Part shown: positions 35,276-48,925 of the stretch, one piece after another
How the letters are laid out: each line of letters begins with the position of its first letter
Numbering within the stretch: the stretch's first letter is position 1
Assembly (NCBI GenBank): GCA_036785375.1
Contig: JAWMAR010000013.1
Coordinates: forward strand, 1,612,001-1,676,000
DNA length: 64,000 bases
Direction of reading: 5' to 3'
Source of the DNA: Leucoraja ocellata
Taxonomy: Eukaryota
Program-made: the position numbers and the translations under genes
The notes under the pieces: model-generated
The model's database searches: none
What the model was told of the DNA's origin: nothing
Seen by the model: only the letters and a program-made list of their open reading frames with translations

Positions 35276-36699
35276 AATGAAATTGTCAAATATCCGGGCA
35301 AGCCAAGCCCGAAACGTTGCCTATTTCCTTCGCTCCATAGATGCTGCTGCACCCGCTGAGTTTCTCCAGCATTTTTGTGTACCTTCCAAGGTATGCCAGG
35401 ATGAGCAGAGGGAATGATTGACGGAGCAGCTTGTCTGATGTGGTCATCTGCTCCACTTCAGTGTCTGAGAGGGTGTGAATTAGTGAGATTTTTCGGCAAT
35501 TTCTACACATTCCTTGGAGTAGAAAATAAATTCTTGTAACTGTTCTGTTGCATCAAGGCAAGTTGGCATTGTTCACTACCCTGTGATAATACTGGATCTG
35601 CTGAAAATCCATATTCAAAAATGTGTCACTTTTGATTTGAAGGTATCACAATGCAATTAGCAGTGATATTTTACAGACAGAAGTAGAAAGCTCCCTCTGG
35701 GATTGCTGCTCAGCATTGTGTGTTACAGCTGGGATCATTTATCAATGCTGTATCGTTCTGACCCATTGAGTCCAAGGGGAAAGAAAACACAAAACCTCTC
35801 TCATGTCCGTGCTCTTGCCTTGCTGTTGAGTTGCTGAGCAGAAAAGAATGATAATTTGAGCAAAGTGTTTTTTTTTTGCAGAGAATTTAATGTATCCCGG
35901 GAATTCTGTCTGCAACTTGTATCAAAAGGACAGGATAATGAGGCCGTGTTGAAGGCTCACTGTCGGTCATTTGCATGGTTTTATCTGGAAGCTGTTATTG
36001 TGCACTTTCTCGGAGCCGGCTATTAACCCTTCATGCACTGTGTACAATCCTGTTGGTCTGGTGCTGTGGAAATCTTTGCTGTGCTTCAGGCGACATTCAT
36101 TACCCCTTGAGTTTTCAGTTTGTTCAGATAAGTGACAAAACGATGAGCTGCTTTGATGAAGAGGAACTGTACCCAGGAGGGTCAGAAGATGCACTTCTGT
36201 TGTAATTGGCAGAGAAACACTTCGGAACGTGAGCAATACATTCTGTGGTGGATTACTGTGGCAGTCCCATTGCATCGTGAAAATCTCAGGCCCACCCATG
36301 GCTGCTCAAAGCAGCGAAGGAGCATTTGAAATGGTGTCGAGAACCTTTCACTGGAGCACGCAGAAATCCCGTGCGAAGGATGGAAAGAGTGCACTGCCTC
36401 ACAAACTGACCCCACCAGCCCTGTGAGCCACTCTGTGCCCCACCTTTGGAAGCCTGCATTTCCCACATTAGACACCTCAGAACTCATAAAGCTGGAGTGC
36501 AAGCAATTCACCTTCTATCCCAAAGGACTGCCATAGAAGAACTAGACCAATCTGAGATTTGCTCCTGTTCCAAGACAAAGTCCTCCCTTTATAAAACCTA
36601 TTTTTCCATTCTTAACTCTCTTTGATATAAAGGAGGGACTGGAAACAATGCATTAACACAACTTGCATTACCTGGAAAACATAATGGAAAAGCCAGTCT

Positions 36700-36870
36700 G
36701 GCAGTGAAGCACTGACGATCCAGAGACACAAGTTCAGATTCAACCAGCACAGTGAGGAATTTAAATTGTTGAGCAAGTAAATTATAAATAAAAAGTGGGT
36801 ATACATTACTACAAAACCTACTGCATTATTAGGAAGGATGGTGAGGTCACACTCATGTAGGTGTTACTTG
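36700..36870 (+). mobile_element. Possible old Deu/SacSINE-like fragment
   Basis: atccagagacacaagttcagattc..gaatttaaatt..aggaagga resembles the SINE head and body; heavily decayed. Confidence 0.35.
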
Positions 36871-37574
36871 TGAGCTTCGTTGAAGCAATGTTGTCATTTT
36901 TGTGCAAAGAAATATCTGAATAGAGGAAATCAAAAAGACCCCTTGGATAGGTGGCATGGATTTGATACTTGCAGCATGCTTGAGGAATTTCAAAAGGAAG
37001 ATTGCTCGAGGATTGGACAGTTATTGTATACAATAGTCACCAGTGTCTTCTACTAAGCCTGTGACGATGGAGGGGCAGCAATACATGTTAGGATTGTGTG
37101 TGACTTGTGGGGGATTGTGCGGTTGGTGGATCACCCATGTGTCTGCCGTCCCTGACGGAGAATGAATCTAACTTTACCTCTATCCTCGACGTGTGACTCT
37201 GTTACTGTGTACCGCAATGAATGTTTGACTACTATGTCTTGTCAGTTAATTGGTATATTATAGTCGTATGGTCTTCAGTCCAGTCATTTCAAATAATAAC
37301 CACTTCTGTGACATTTACCGTTTTGGGACATATGACAATAAAACACTCCTGACTCATCAGCCTTTTCCGATGCTCTATCTCTCCATGACTCTACCATTGT
37401 ACTTGCAAGTTGAAAAACATGCTACCAACTGGGTAAGTATGACACTGTGAAGGATGAAAAGAAGACTGTGGTTCTTACTTGAAATGTTTTGAATAGTGGT
37501 TGGCAAACAATACTGCAGATGCAAAAATGGTAAATATATTCTTTACTATTTTAGACCATATAGATCGGTCAGAA

Positions 37575-38702
37575 AAAGACACAAAGTGCGGGAGTAAAGG
37601 TTTGGGACCCTTCTTCAGACTGTTGTAGAGGGGGAAAGAAAGCTGGAAATGGGGAGGGATAGGACAAAGCCTGGCAGGTAATCCTGCCCCTCCTCTCTCT
37701 AGATTCGCCCCCCCCCCCCCCCCCCCATCGGTGTGAAGAAATGACACTGACCCTAAATGGCACCTAACCCGTTCTCCAGAGATATTCCCTGACCTGCTGA
37801 GTTACTCCAGCACTTTGTCTTTTTATGTACACTAACATCTCTTCCATTATAAATGAGGCTCCCACAGCTCCGCTCTTGCTCCCCCTTCCCCCATTCGTAA
37901 CAAGTACAGTCCCCCTTGTCCTTTCCTTCCACCCTATCAGCCGTTACATACAGCACATAATCTTCTGACAATTTCGCCACCTCCAACGGGATTCCACTAC
38001 CAGCTACATCTTCCCATCTCCACCCCTTTCAGCTTTCCGCAGAGACCGTTCCCTCTGCAATTCGTCACTTCCCACCCAAACCACCCCCTCCCCAGGTACT
38101 TTCCCCTGCAACCGCAGGAGATGCAACACCTGTCCCTCTACCTCCCCCTTCGACTCCGTCCAAGGTCCCCAACAGTCATTTCAGGTGAGGCAGAGAGGTT
38201 CACTTGCACCTCCTCCAACCTCATCTACTGTATCCGCTGTTCAAGATGGATTCCTGTATTTCGGCGAGACCAAGCGCAGGCTTGGCGATCGTTTCGCTGA
38301 ACACATCAGTCCGCCTAAACCTACCTGATCACTCGGTTGCTCAACACTTTAACTCTCCCTCCCATTCCCATTCTGACCTTTCTGTCCTGGGCCTCCTCCA
38401 TTGTCAGAGTGAGGCCAGATTGGAGAAACAGCACCTCATATTTCACTTGGGTAGCTTACACCCCAGCAGTATGAACATTGACCTCTAACTTCAAGTAGCC
38501 CTTGCTTTCCCTCTCTCTCCATCCCCTCCCCTTCACAGTTCTACCAGTCTTACTGTCTCCGTCTACATTTTATCTCTGTACCACCCACTCCACTGACATC
38601 AGTCTGAAGAAGGGTCTTGACCCAAAATGTCACCCATTCCTTCTCTCCAGAGATGCTGCCTGCCCCGCAGAGTTACTGAGTACCCAGCATTTTGCGTCTA
38701 TC
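37575..38702 (+). mobile_element. Penelope-like (Neptune-type) retroelement 3' part: GIY-YIG remnant, pLTR, inverted pLTR copy at the left
   Basis: Translates to PGTFPCNRRRCNTCP, FTCTSSNLIYCIRC, GETKRRLGDRFAE, LEKQHLIFHLGSL; followed by cagtctgaagaagggtcttgacccaaaatgtcacc; inverted terminal copy at about 37575-37700. Confidence 0.82.
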
Positions 38703-38764
38703 CTTGTCTCTAGATCTCCCTCAGATTTTGGTTGCACCAATAAAATGAATGGGTTTCTCTTGCA

Positions 38765-39005
38765 CAGTATTTGAAACTCAAGCCCAAACCGCTCCCACTG
38801 CAGAACATTTCAAGTTTCACTGCCTGCACCAAGGAGGAACTCATTGCTGACGACAACATTGCACTGAAGCATCTGGAGAGCTTCAGTGGCTTTGAAGCAT
38901 TACCAGATGATGCCCTCCAGGATCATTTTGTCCGTGGTCTACAAAGGGGAGATTGTCGCAAACACCCTTGTCACAAAATAATTTGACTCTTAAGTCTGCG
39001 TGAAA
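38765..39005 (+). mobile_element. Decayed Gypsy-type gag fragment
   Basis: Frameshifted KPKPL..AEHFKFH..Q, IAD..IALKHL..F, DDALQDHFVRGL pattern typical of LTR-retrotransposon gag. Confidence 0.6.
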
Positions 39006-39159
39006 GTCCACTGAATTTGGATCTTGCCTGTAAAGATCCCAAGGATGCCATTTTGTCTCAACCATTGTATTTTATGGGTCCAGCCAACATTTATGGGGAA
39101 GAGTGCAGTACATTGAGTTGTATAATTTGTTGACATGTGTTTGCTGTATGTTACAAGGC

Positions 39160-39398
39160 CTTCTACGCCCGAACCTCCAGACTCAGAAACAGCTCTATTC
39201 CCAGAGCTATAGCGGCTCTGAACCGCCCTGCTGAGTGCCCCCCATCCCCCCTGGACCTTCTCCCTCGAATGGTCACGTCACACAGCTATTTATTTATTTT
39301 ACTCTTCTTTTACATCGATTGGAAGCTGCATACTAAATCTCGTTGCACTAACATGCAATGACAATAAAAGATATTATGATTATTATTATTATTATTAT
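39160..39398 (+). mobile_element. Rex1-like LINE 3' end with (ATT)n tail
   Basis: RTSRLRNSSIPRAIAALN C-terminus, gacaataaa and attatt tail. Confidence 0.65.
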
Positions 39399-39529
39399 GT
39401 GGTAGAGTTGTACATTTGTCTACCTTGGGTTGTCATAATGTAACTTACCAGCAGGGGGAGGCTGGAGGAGAAATGGAAATCAACATTTCTGTACCCAGAT
39501 ATGCATCTTTTATGAATAATAAAAGTTAG

Positions 39530-40860
39530 TCATACAGCACAGAAAAAGCCCTTATGCCCAATGTCCATGCTGACCAAGATGCATCATGTATCCTTGTCCC
39601 ACCTGCTCGCATTTGGCCCGTATCCCTCTACCTTTCCTATCCATGTACCTGTCCTAATGTCATTTAACTGATGTTATAGTACCTGCCTCAACTACCTCCT
39701 CTGCCAGTTCGTTCCATATACCCACCACCCTCCGTGCGAAAAAATTGCCCATCAGGTTCCTATTAAATCTTTCCCCTTGCACTGTAAACCTATGTTCTCT
39801 GGTTCTTGATTCCCTACTCTGGGTAAAAGACTCTGTGCATCATCCAGTCTATTCCACTCGTGGTTTTATATACTTCTATAATATAATTCCTCAGCCTCCT
39901 GTGCTCCAAGGAATAAAGTCCTAGCTGCCCACCTCTCCCTATAGCTCAAGGCCACGTCCTGGCAACATCCTTGTATATCTTCTCTGCATTCTTCCCAGCT
40001 TAAGGACATCCTTCCTCTGGCAGGGTGATCAAAAACTGAACACAATATTCCAAATGCAGCCTAACAATAACATAACATCTCAACTTTAATACTCGGCCCT
40101 GAAAGATAAAGGTCAATGTACCAAAAGTTTACTTGACCACTCTCTCTACCTGTGATGCCACTTTCAGGGAACTATGTACCTGTATTAGATCCCTCTGCTC
40201 TACAACACTCCCCATTACCCAACCATTTACTGTGAAGCTTTGACTTTCCAAAATGCAACACCTCACACATCTACATGAAACCCCTGTAACCATCCCTCCG
40301 CTCATTTGCTCAGCTGATCAAGATCCTGCTGTAATTTTTGATAACAATCTTCACTATCTACAATACCACCGCTTTAGGGTCATCTGCAAATTTACTAATC
40401 ATGCCTTGTACTTTCTCCTCTGAATCGTTGATATAAACCACAAACAGCAATGGGCCCAGCACTGAACCCCGAGGCACACCACTAGTCACAGGCCTCCAGT
40501 CCAAGAAACAACCTTCCACCATCACCCTCTGGGTCCTTCCATGAAGCCAAATCTCTATCCAATCGACAATCTCTCCCTGGATCCCATGCTATCTAAGCTT
40601 CCAGAGCAGCCTATCGTACAAACGTTATCAAAGGTCTTGCTGAAGTCCATATAGACCAATGTCAACAGTTTTGGTCTTGTTAACCTTTTTGGTTACTGCT
40701 TCAAAAAACTCAAGCAGGTTTATATGGCACGATCTTGCACATACAAAACCATGCTGACAATCCCTAATCAGCCTCTGTCAATTCAAATGCATACATATCT
40801 TATCCCTCAGAATCCTCGCCATTAACTTGCCTACTGCTGATGTAGGTCCACTGGTGTATC
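39530..40860 (-). mobile_element. CR1 LINE fragment (RT to 3' end)
   Basis: Minus-strand CR1 words: tcatctgcaaa (FADD), gaggcacaccactagtcac (VTSGVP), and 3' UTR. Confidence 0.8.
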
Positions 40861-41180
40861 GTTCCCTGGTTTTTCCTTGAAGCCCCTCTTAACTAAAAGT
40901 TATTCCACTGTTGGCTTTAAAATTGTTCAAATTAATTATTGATTTCTTCCTTTCCTAGTCTTGTGAGCACATCACTTCATTGAGCTGAAGGGGTGGGTAC
41001 TTCAGTGAATGGGATTGACCAGCACGTGTACTATTGTTATTATTGCATTCAGTGTCACCCTAAGTGAAAGTGCAAGGTTTCTCTGCCTTAAATAAAGGTC
41101 ATTCAAAAAATGACTTTGTATTGTAATGTCATTGATAACAATATTTTGAGATCCTGAATATGTCTCTTCTTGATGCACAG

Positions 41181-41234
41181 GCGGTGGTACTGAGTATAAA
41201 GTTGAATCTTCAATCACATCTGAACATAGAGGAG
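41181..41234 (+). CDS. EXD3: EXD3 exon (AVVLSIKLNLQSHLNIEE)
   Basis: cacag / GTAAGT, 54 bp, phase 0-0; same length as and similar to human AATLGATLKLQSELGVEK. Confidence 0.88.
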
Positions 41235-42693
41235 GTAAGTAGAGTACTCAATTCACATTACAACGTGCAGGAGTTAGTAGAAAGATGGCAAAAGCCCATC
41301 GATGTAACTGCTGATTAAGCTAGGTCTGATGATTTACTGGAATAAGGCACAGCGGCGCAGCTGGAGGGGTTACGCCAGAGGCCCGGGTACAATCCTGATG
41401 CTTGATCAAAGACATGCGGGTTTATAGGTTAATTGGTTACTGTAAATCGCCACTAGTGTGTAGGGAGTGGACGTGAAAGTGGGATAACATACAACTAGTT
41501 AAATGGACGATCAGTGGTCGGCATGGATCGTTTGGCCGAAGGGTCTGCTTCCATGCTGTATCTCTAAACTAAACTTAACTTAGCTAAGGGAGTATTTAGG
41601 CTGAACTCCTTGTGCACTGGGCGTATGGTTTGTGTTTCTTATTGTCATATGTACCGAGGTAGAGTGCAAAGCTTTGTTTTGCATGCTGTTCACAGATCAG
41701 ATATATCATGCATAGATACAATCAGTTCAAACTCAAACACAATGGATAGCGCAAAGGGGAAGATACAGAATGCAGAATATAGTTCTCAGCTTTGTAGCAC
41801 ATCAGTTCCTTAGACAAAGTCCAATGTCCTCAATGGGGTAGAGGTGGATGAAACAGTAAATCCAGTTTAGAGCTGATTTTGGAAAGGGGATAAGAAAATG
41901 CTTCTTGTTCATACTGTTAAATTATAAGACATTAGCACCAATCTGGTACATTTCCAAGCTTAACGTCCTTTAATCTCTGGAGGGAGGTTTCAGGTCATGG
42001 CACGGCCTCAGGCTTAAGACGGAGCATGATTGCCAAAATGTAGCAGTATATGGAGAAGTAAGACAGAGACTGGTAGGGGATGGATGATGCCAGATGGGGA
42101 AGGAATGGTGAGCAGTTGGAACTGGGTGGGAGGAGTAGATGAGAGGAACGAATAAAGGGAGAATTAAAAAATAAGTGAACGGGCGAGTGTGTGTGTGGGA
42201 GGAGAGCACACGGGTGTGGGTTAGCTAAAGTTGGAAAATTCAATCTTTATGTCAATGGCTACACAAATAGAATATGAGATGTCGTTCTTCCAATTTTCAT
42301 TTTGCCTGAGGACAGACCAGTTGTTGTGGAAGTGGGAAAGAGAGTTAGAATTACATGCAACTGGACGTTTGATGTATGATCACTGTGCTGTGCTCCTGTT
42401 TTCTGAAAGTATCTTTGCTGTGCCTTTATCACTCTCACACTCCGCTTGTTTTCTCCTGTGTTTGGAATTTCTCTTATTTACACCCTCTGTCATTCCGAAT
42501 CTCTCTTTCTTTGCCCCTGTTTGTCTTCCTGAGAAATAAAAATTTCCTAATGCTAAAACCTTCACTCTTTATCAATTAACTCTAAACACCCAAATAAATG
42601 TATCCTTTTCTAGCATTTCAGTGTCCAGATGAATATCTCTTTTCATTCAACTGAGAATCCAGTCTCAATGTGAGTTTCTTGTCTTTGGTGCAG

Positions 42694-42833
42694 ATGTGCA
42701 TTCCCCTGCTCCTTCAGGATGATATGAGCCTGGTGGAGGTGTACGTGGATGATTATCCAGAGCTGCAGGGACGTTTACTACAAGCACTGGATTCGTTGTG
42801 CTACCCAATTGATAACACAAGAAGCATCCAAAG
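42694..42833 (+). CDS. EXD3: EXD3 exon (MCIPLLLQDDMSLVEVYVDDYPELQ...)
   Basis: AG/GT boundaries, 140 bp, phase 0-2; resembles human MSIPLLLQDKVALVERYV. Confidence 0.93.
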
Positions 42834-45521
42834 GTACTCCTCCAGGGTCGTCACTGTGTGAGGCTCAACAACTGCCTGGCCTGGCTGAGTGGGTAAATGC
42901 CGTGGTGCTGCCAAATGGCTGTGTTATGCCAGCCTTTCTCAGTGCGGATAGCATAAGGAAGCAATGGCTGAGAGTGCTCATGAAGTGGGAACGGTAGCTT
43001 GAAACTGCATCATTTCCCTTTACCAGGGCTTTTTTCATAGAAGTGAGAACACTTACAGCCTGCACGAGCACGGACTTCAGCTCATAGCTGTGCTGTCTCC
43101 ATGTCCCACTGTGCTTGTTGAATCAGGCGTGAAAATAGCCAGCAGAGCAAGGTACCAGTGCATTTCGTGTTGACTGGGGAGTGGGGCAGGGATTGAAGAT
43201 GGGGGGAGGGGGTGGGGCTAGGACTAGAGTTTGGGAAGGGTAGGGCAGAGCCTAGAGATAGGGGAGCAAATGGCAGAGAGTGGAGTGGGGAAGGGTAGGG
43301 GCTGGAGATGGAGAAGGTTGGTGCAGCGTTGGGGAGGATGGGATAGTGGAGAGATCGAGTAATGTGGGGGAGGAATTGGAGATGGGGAAGGAAGGCGATG
43401 GATTTGAGAGAACTGGCTACAAAGTCAGTGAATGCACTGGATGTCATCTACCAATCTTCCATGGATCATAGAACAGTTTGCACAGTTTGGAAAGTAGCAA
43501 AGGGTTATACAATACAGGTTGTGAGGAGGATGTAGTGAAGCTTTGGATGGAAATAGGTGGGGGTCCATGAATGAGGAAGAGTGTGGCAGAGGAAGAAAAG
43601 ATATGAGTTACGCCACCTTGGGGAAAAATAGGGTATTTTGTAAAAGATGAGAAATTGAAAGGTATAACTGTTCAGAGGAGTTATACCTGGGAGTTAGTAC
43701 ACTAGTCACTGAAAGTTAACTTGGCAATTAAGGACTTGAATAGTATGTTGGCTTTCATTGAAAGAGTAATTGAGTGCAAAAGCCATACGTTTTACCTCAT
43801 CTTGGTCCTGAATAGCCAACCTTTTATCCTGAGACTGTGTCTCCTATGCTACATTCTCCCAGCCAAGGAAACGGCCTCCCAGCATTCATCCTACTCTAAC
43901 TCAAGGAGTGCACCTTCCTCTAAACTTTGGTGAGAATAGAACAGTCCTATTCTGTCAGTTTCCATTAGACAGTCTCCTCATGTCATCAATCAATCTCCTT
44001 TCCACCGCCTCCAAGATCAGAATGTTGTCTGGGATGGAACGTTGCGGTTATGAAGTGGACTGGATTTTCCGTGCAACTAAAGAGGCTGAGAGAGGACCTG
44101 ATAGAGGCGTATAAAATAATGAGAGGCATAGATGGGATATTCTGATAGTAAGAAACCTCCCCGCATGTCTAAAGTGTCTGAGACCAAGGGTGTACATTTC
44201 AATAAGGAGTATGTTTTTTCGAGATCTGAGGAAGTATTTTTTGTAATCCTCAAAGTGACTGTAGTTTGGAATAGGTTGCCAGTATTTGTGGCGGGAGTGG
44301 CTCTCACAAAACTCAAGTATCTAGACAAGCACTTGAATCGCCAGTACTGGTAATGAGATTAGTATGTATAGGTATTTTATAGTTGGCATGGGCATGGCGG
44401 GGCAAAGGTCCTGTTTCCAAAGGTACTCTATGACTGTATGATGAGTTCATATTCAGCACAAATCGCGGAACTGTAAACATTATTCAAGGTTGTTTCCCCA
44501 ACCTCCTTGCAATACATTTGCCTTCCTACTTACTTCCTGCATCTGTTTTATTTTCTATCCATGCTTGACTAGCTTGCACTCTGTAACAGCGTCTATTATT
44601 TTCTAATTTAAAAGCATTCTATTTTTCTGGTTCTGTTAAATTCAAAATTCTTGTTTATCTCCAGACAATGCTCTGTCTAACATCAAATTGGTCTCTTCAT
44701 TAACCCATTTGCAGGCAGTTTGGTTTCTTTTCATTGTTGACTTTCCCACTGGCTTTGTATCATCAACAAATTTGGGTGCTTTATGCTGTATTTTTAGCCA
44801 TGCCATAAAAAGCTCTTGCAAATAACTCGGGGCCCGATGCTGTTCCCTGTTGGTCGCCAGTTGTGGCAGCCTGCCAACTTGAAAATAACATATTTATTTC
44901 TATTCTTTTTCTCCTGGCCTTAGATACATCTTCTATCCTCGCTATTATGAACCCTAAACTTGTGAGCACGTATTTTATGCAACACGGTGCCCCATTAGAT
45001 GCTTTTAAAAGTCCAAATACACCCCATCCATGTTTGCCCTTCTCACCCTATGAGTTATAAACACCATTAATTTTATCAAGCAATATTTCTATTTCATAAA
45101 AAGTTAACAACCCATGATTATATTATGGTTGTCTAAGCATCCTATGCATTCCAAGATTTTGCAATTTATGTTGAGGGAACTGTTCCATGGTCTCTCGCCA
45201 ACAAATCCATGCTGACTATCCTTGCTCATTCACTGCCTTCCCAATTATAGTTTAATCCTGTCTCTCAAAATGCCTTCAATAATTTCCCTACCACTGATGT
45301 TAGGCTAGCTGGACCGTAATTACCTGGATTATCTCGGCTATCCTCATGAATAAAGTTACCACATTTGATGTCTGGCGATTGGTTATAAGGCACATGGCTT
45401 CTGGCCAATAAAGATTTGCTCGCTCAAGGCCCCAGCAATCTCTTCCTTTATTTCCACTACCTCCCTTGGCAGCCTGGGATACACATGTTTATGCCTGCTA
45501 AGACATTAAATACCTTTTTAT

Positions 45522-45745
45522 CAAAGGTAGGCACAAACTGCTGGAGTAACTCAGCAGGACAGGCAGCATCTCTGGAGAGAAGTAATTGGCGACGTTTCAG
45601 GTCGATACCCTTCTTCAGACTGGAAGGGTCGCGACCCGAAACGACACACCCATTCCTTCTCTCCACAGATGCTGCCTGTCCTACTGAGTTACTCCAGCAT
45701 TTTGTATCTACCTTCGATTTAAACCAGCACCTGCAGTTCTTTCCT
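45522..45745. mobile_element. Fold-back Penelope-derived short element
   Basis: Two inverted pLTR-like arms around the cttcagactggaag centre; minus strand has CTGAAGA..GAAACGTC. Confidence 0.75.
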
Positions 45746-46016
45746 GCAAAGACCGTTTTATGATAAGGTAGGAAAGCAGAGTCGAGGCCAAAATCGTAAG
45801 AGCTTGGGTCTTGTATCTCTATACATAACTTCCTACTTAATTTTGTTTTATGATGTTCCTATGATGTACCCTGGAACATCCTATGGGCTTAAAGATATTC
45901 TATAGATGCACATTTCTATTCATTTCACAGAGATATATTTCACAGAGATAGGCTGAGATTGGATCTTCAATGTTCATGTGTCATCACAATGTTATAATCC
46001 TGTTTCTTTCTGCCAG

Positions 46017-46117
46017 GCATGATGGAAAACTATCACGATTGAGATGCGATAAACTAAATTATAAAGTCTTAAGTAAATTGGTGTTCAGACTAATGGAACG
46101 TTATGGCCTTGGCACAG
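46017..46117 (+). CDS. EXD3: EXD3 exon (HDGKLSRLRCDKLNYKVLSKLVFRLMERYGLGT)
   Basis: AG/GT boundaries, 101 bp, phase 2-1; resembles human EKLSPKALSRQVLRLQERYGV. Confidence 0.92.
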
Positions 46118-47789
46118 GTGTGTATGAGGTGAAGACGAGGTATGGATTTTCACCACTAATTATTTTTAGGAACAAGCTCTTAAGTCATTACATGTTACAC
46201 CAGTGAAATCCTTTGTATCCTCTAACGTTACTCCTCATCTTGTACCATTGGAACATTACCTATTTGTACAACTCTAGATACCCTCTACAAGTAACATGGA
46301 ATTATAGAATTACACCCTATACATATGGAAGTATGGAATTGCACCCTATACATTCATTCACTTTATCATGGCCCAGCATAGCGGTAATGTGTGGGATTTA
46401 CAACATGCAGTTTGGTTCCTCACCTCAAGTACTCTGATAGTGCCCCCCAAAACTGTGACCTTGACCATCAAGAAAGATGAGAGCAGCATTTGCGTGGAAA
46501 TACCATCATCATCATGTTCGCTGCTTCAATACCATTCAAACTTGGAAATATATAACCATTCCTTCATGATCCCGGAACTCCATTCCCAACACCTTCACCA
46601 GAAGGACTGCCGCTGTTCAAGAAGGTGGCTCATTTGGTTCATTGGCCTCTTTCTGCATCACAAATTCTTGGAAACAGCATAGGAAAGTAATATGTTTATC
46701 AAAGTTGTACACTTCTGTGTGACCTTGGTTACTTTTTGTTGTTTGCTGTCTTTGTGGCCACAGTGACCACTCTCTGCAGAGAAATAGAACTTGTGTTAAC
46801 GGCAGCTCCCTTGCAGAAGGGCGGAAACTACTTTAAACATATTGGAATGTAGGTAATATTAGAATGCAATGTGTTCAAAGTTCAGTTGATGCTGTATAAC
46901 ATTGGCTAGTTCGTAGTTATCGGCATCATGTTTGAAGATTAATCTTCTCTGGTGTGTGTGTTTGAATCCCAATCTTGCTGCTTGTGCTTTGCAATTCAGC
47001 TAGATGGCAGTGTGTCTTCTCCACGGCTGCTGGGTGACAATCCCACGGCAATCTGAGCTCCCAGGTCCTCTCGCTGAGCTCAAACTGGGCATCATTGGTC
47101 TTTTAATTGAATCATGTCTCAAGCTGGACAATGAACAAAGATTAGAATCAGTTAGTTTGAAAGGTGCAGAAACTAGGATCAGCTCATTCAACAGTCAAAT
47201 CTGGAGAAAGAATGTGCACTTTCAAATTGATCATGATCTTTGCATTTCCCTACATGTATGAGTAATAAGGGCATATTAAGAGCATTTGATGATAATAGAA
47301 TGCTGCTGGTGAAGTGTGTGCTACAATACCACAGCTGGACGTGGCATTAAGGCTTCCATCTGGTTCCACTGCAGAAAGCTATGTATATCGGCCTTTCCAT
47401 TCTTTTGGATTGTCACAATGAGGGGAGGTTGGACAAACTTGGATTGTTTTCTCTGGAGTGTCAGAGGCTGAGGGGGTGACCTGACTTTTTTTATAGAATT
47501 TTCAAATACTAGGGGGCATAGGTTTTAAGCGAGACACGCAAAGTTCAAAGGAGATTTACGAGGCAAGTAAGTGGTAGATAATTTGAACATGCTGCCAGAC
47601 CAGGTGGTGGAAGCAGATATCATTGCAATGTTTAAAAGGCATTTAGATACACGAAGAGGCAAGGAATAGAGAGGTATTGGCCATGTGCAGACAGATGGGA
47701 TTAGATAGATTGGCATCATGGTTGTTGCAGACAGGGTGGACTGAAGGACCAGTTCCCGTGCTGTAGGCTTCTGTTCTTTGTTCTAAATT

Positions 47790-47990
47790 GGGCTCCCCGT
47801 TTCACACATGGACAGCGGGCCGCCCATTCCACAGACGGACAGCGGGCTGCCCATTCCATGCATGGACAGTGGGCCCATTCTAAGCAGAGACCATGGGGTC
47901 CCTGTTCTATGTACAGAATGTGGACTTTCCAACTTGCACATGAACAGTGGGTTCTCCATTGTGTACAGCAACACTGGACTCTCCATTCCA
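47790..47990. repeat. Degenerate ~27-bp minisatellite
   Basis: ggacag(c/t)ggg..cccattcc at 47811, 47837 and 47864, then decaying copies. Confidence 0.7.
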
Positions 47991-48344
47991 GAGTTGCTTT
48001 TGGGCGCTATATGCGTGTCCTCTGAGCTCTGTTTACTATATTTGGCATTTTAGCATATATCTCATGACATAGAAGTCCTTTGTTGGTCCTCGCGGCAATC
48101 CCATTTACCCACCAATTTCCTGGTAAACTGCTCTCTCATTTACCCGCAAATTCCATCCTAATTCTCCTGCTATCTATCTACACACAGGGCCTTTTATAGC
48201 AGGCAATTAACTTCCAACCAGCATGTTTTTAGGATGGGGATGCAAGTCAGAGCACCCAGGAAAACCCACACAGGAATGAGGAGTATGTGCAAACTCAATG
48301 CACACAGCACCCAAGGACTAGATTGAACTAATATCCCTGAATAA

Positions 48345-48925
48345 GAAACATAGTAACATAGAAAATAGTTGCAGGAGTAGGCCATTTGGCCCTTCGAGCC
48401 AGCTCTGCCATTCAATATGATCATGGCTGATCATCCAAAATCAGTACCTCTTTACTGCTTTTTCCCCATAATCCCTTGATTCTGTTAATCTAACTCTCTC
48501 TTGAAAACATCCAGTGAATTGGCCTCCACTGCCTTCTGTGGCAGAGAATTCCACAGATTCACAACTCTCTGGGTGAAAAAGTTTTTCTTCATCTCAGTCC
48601 ATGGCCTACCTCTTATTCTTAAACTGTGACTCCTGGTTCTGGACTCCCCCAACATCGGGAGCATTTTTCCTGCACCTAGCCTGTCCAATCCCTTAGGAAT
48701 TTTATATGTTCCTACAAGGTCTCCTCTCATCCTTACAATGCTCCAAGTGTGGTCTCACCAGGGCCTTGTACAACTACAGGAGGACCAACATGCCATTTGC
48801 TTTCTTCCCTGTCTGATGTACCTGCATGCTTACTTTCAATGACTGATGTACAAGAACACCCAGGTCTTGTTACACCTCCCCTTTTCCTAATCTGACATCA
48901 TTCAGATAATAATCTGCGTCTTGTT
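48345..48925 (-). mobile_element. CR1 LINE 3' fragment
   Basis: ORF 48485-48730 with FFTQRVVNLWNSLPQ; aaacatag tail on the plus strand. Confidence 0.88.

Noticed and set aside
37410-37440. Possible cassette micro-exon ending at a strong GTAAGT donor
   Set aside because: The flanking EXD3 exons already join in frame with homology-consistent lengths; a 23-nt insert would shift the frame and has no support
43180-43400. G-rich tract with G-quadruplex potential
   Set aside because: Low-complexity purine tract with no independent sign of function
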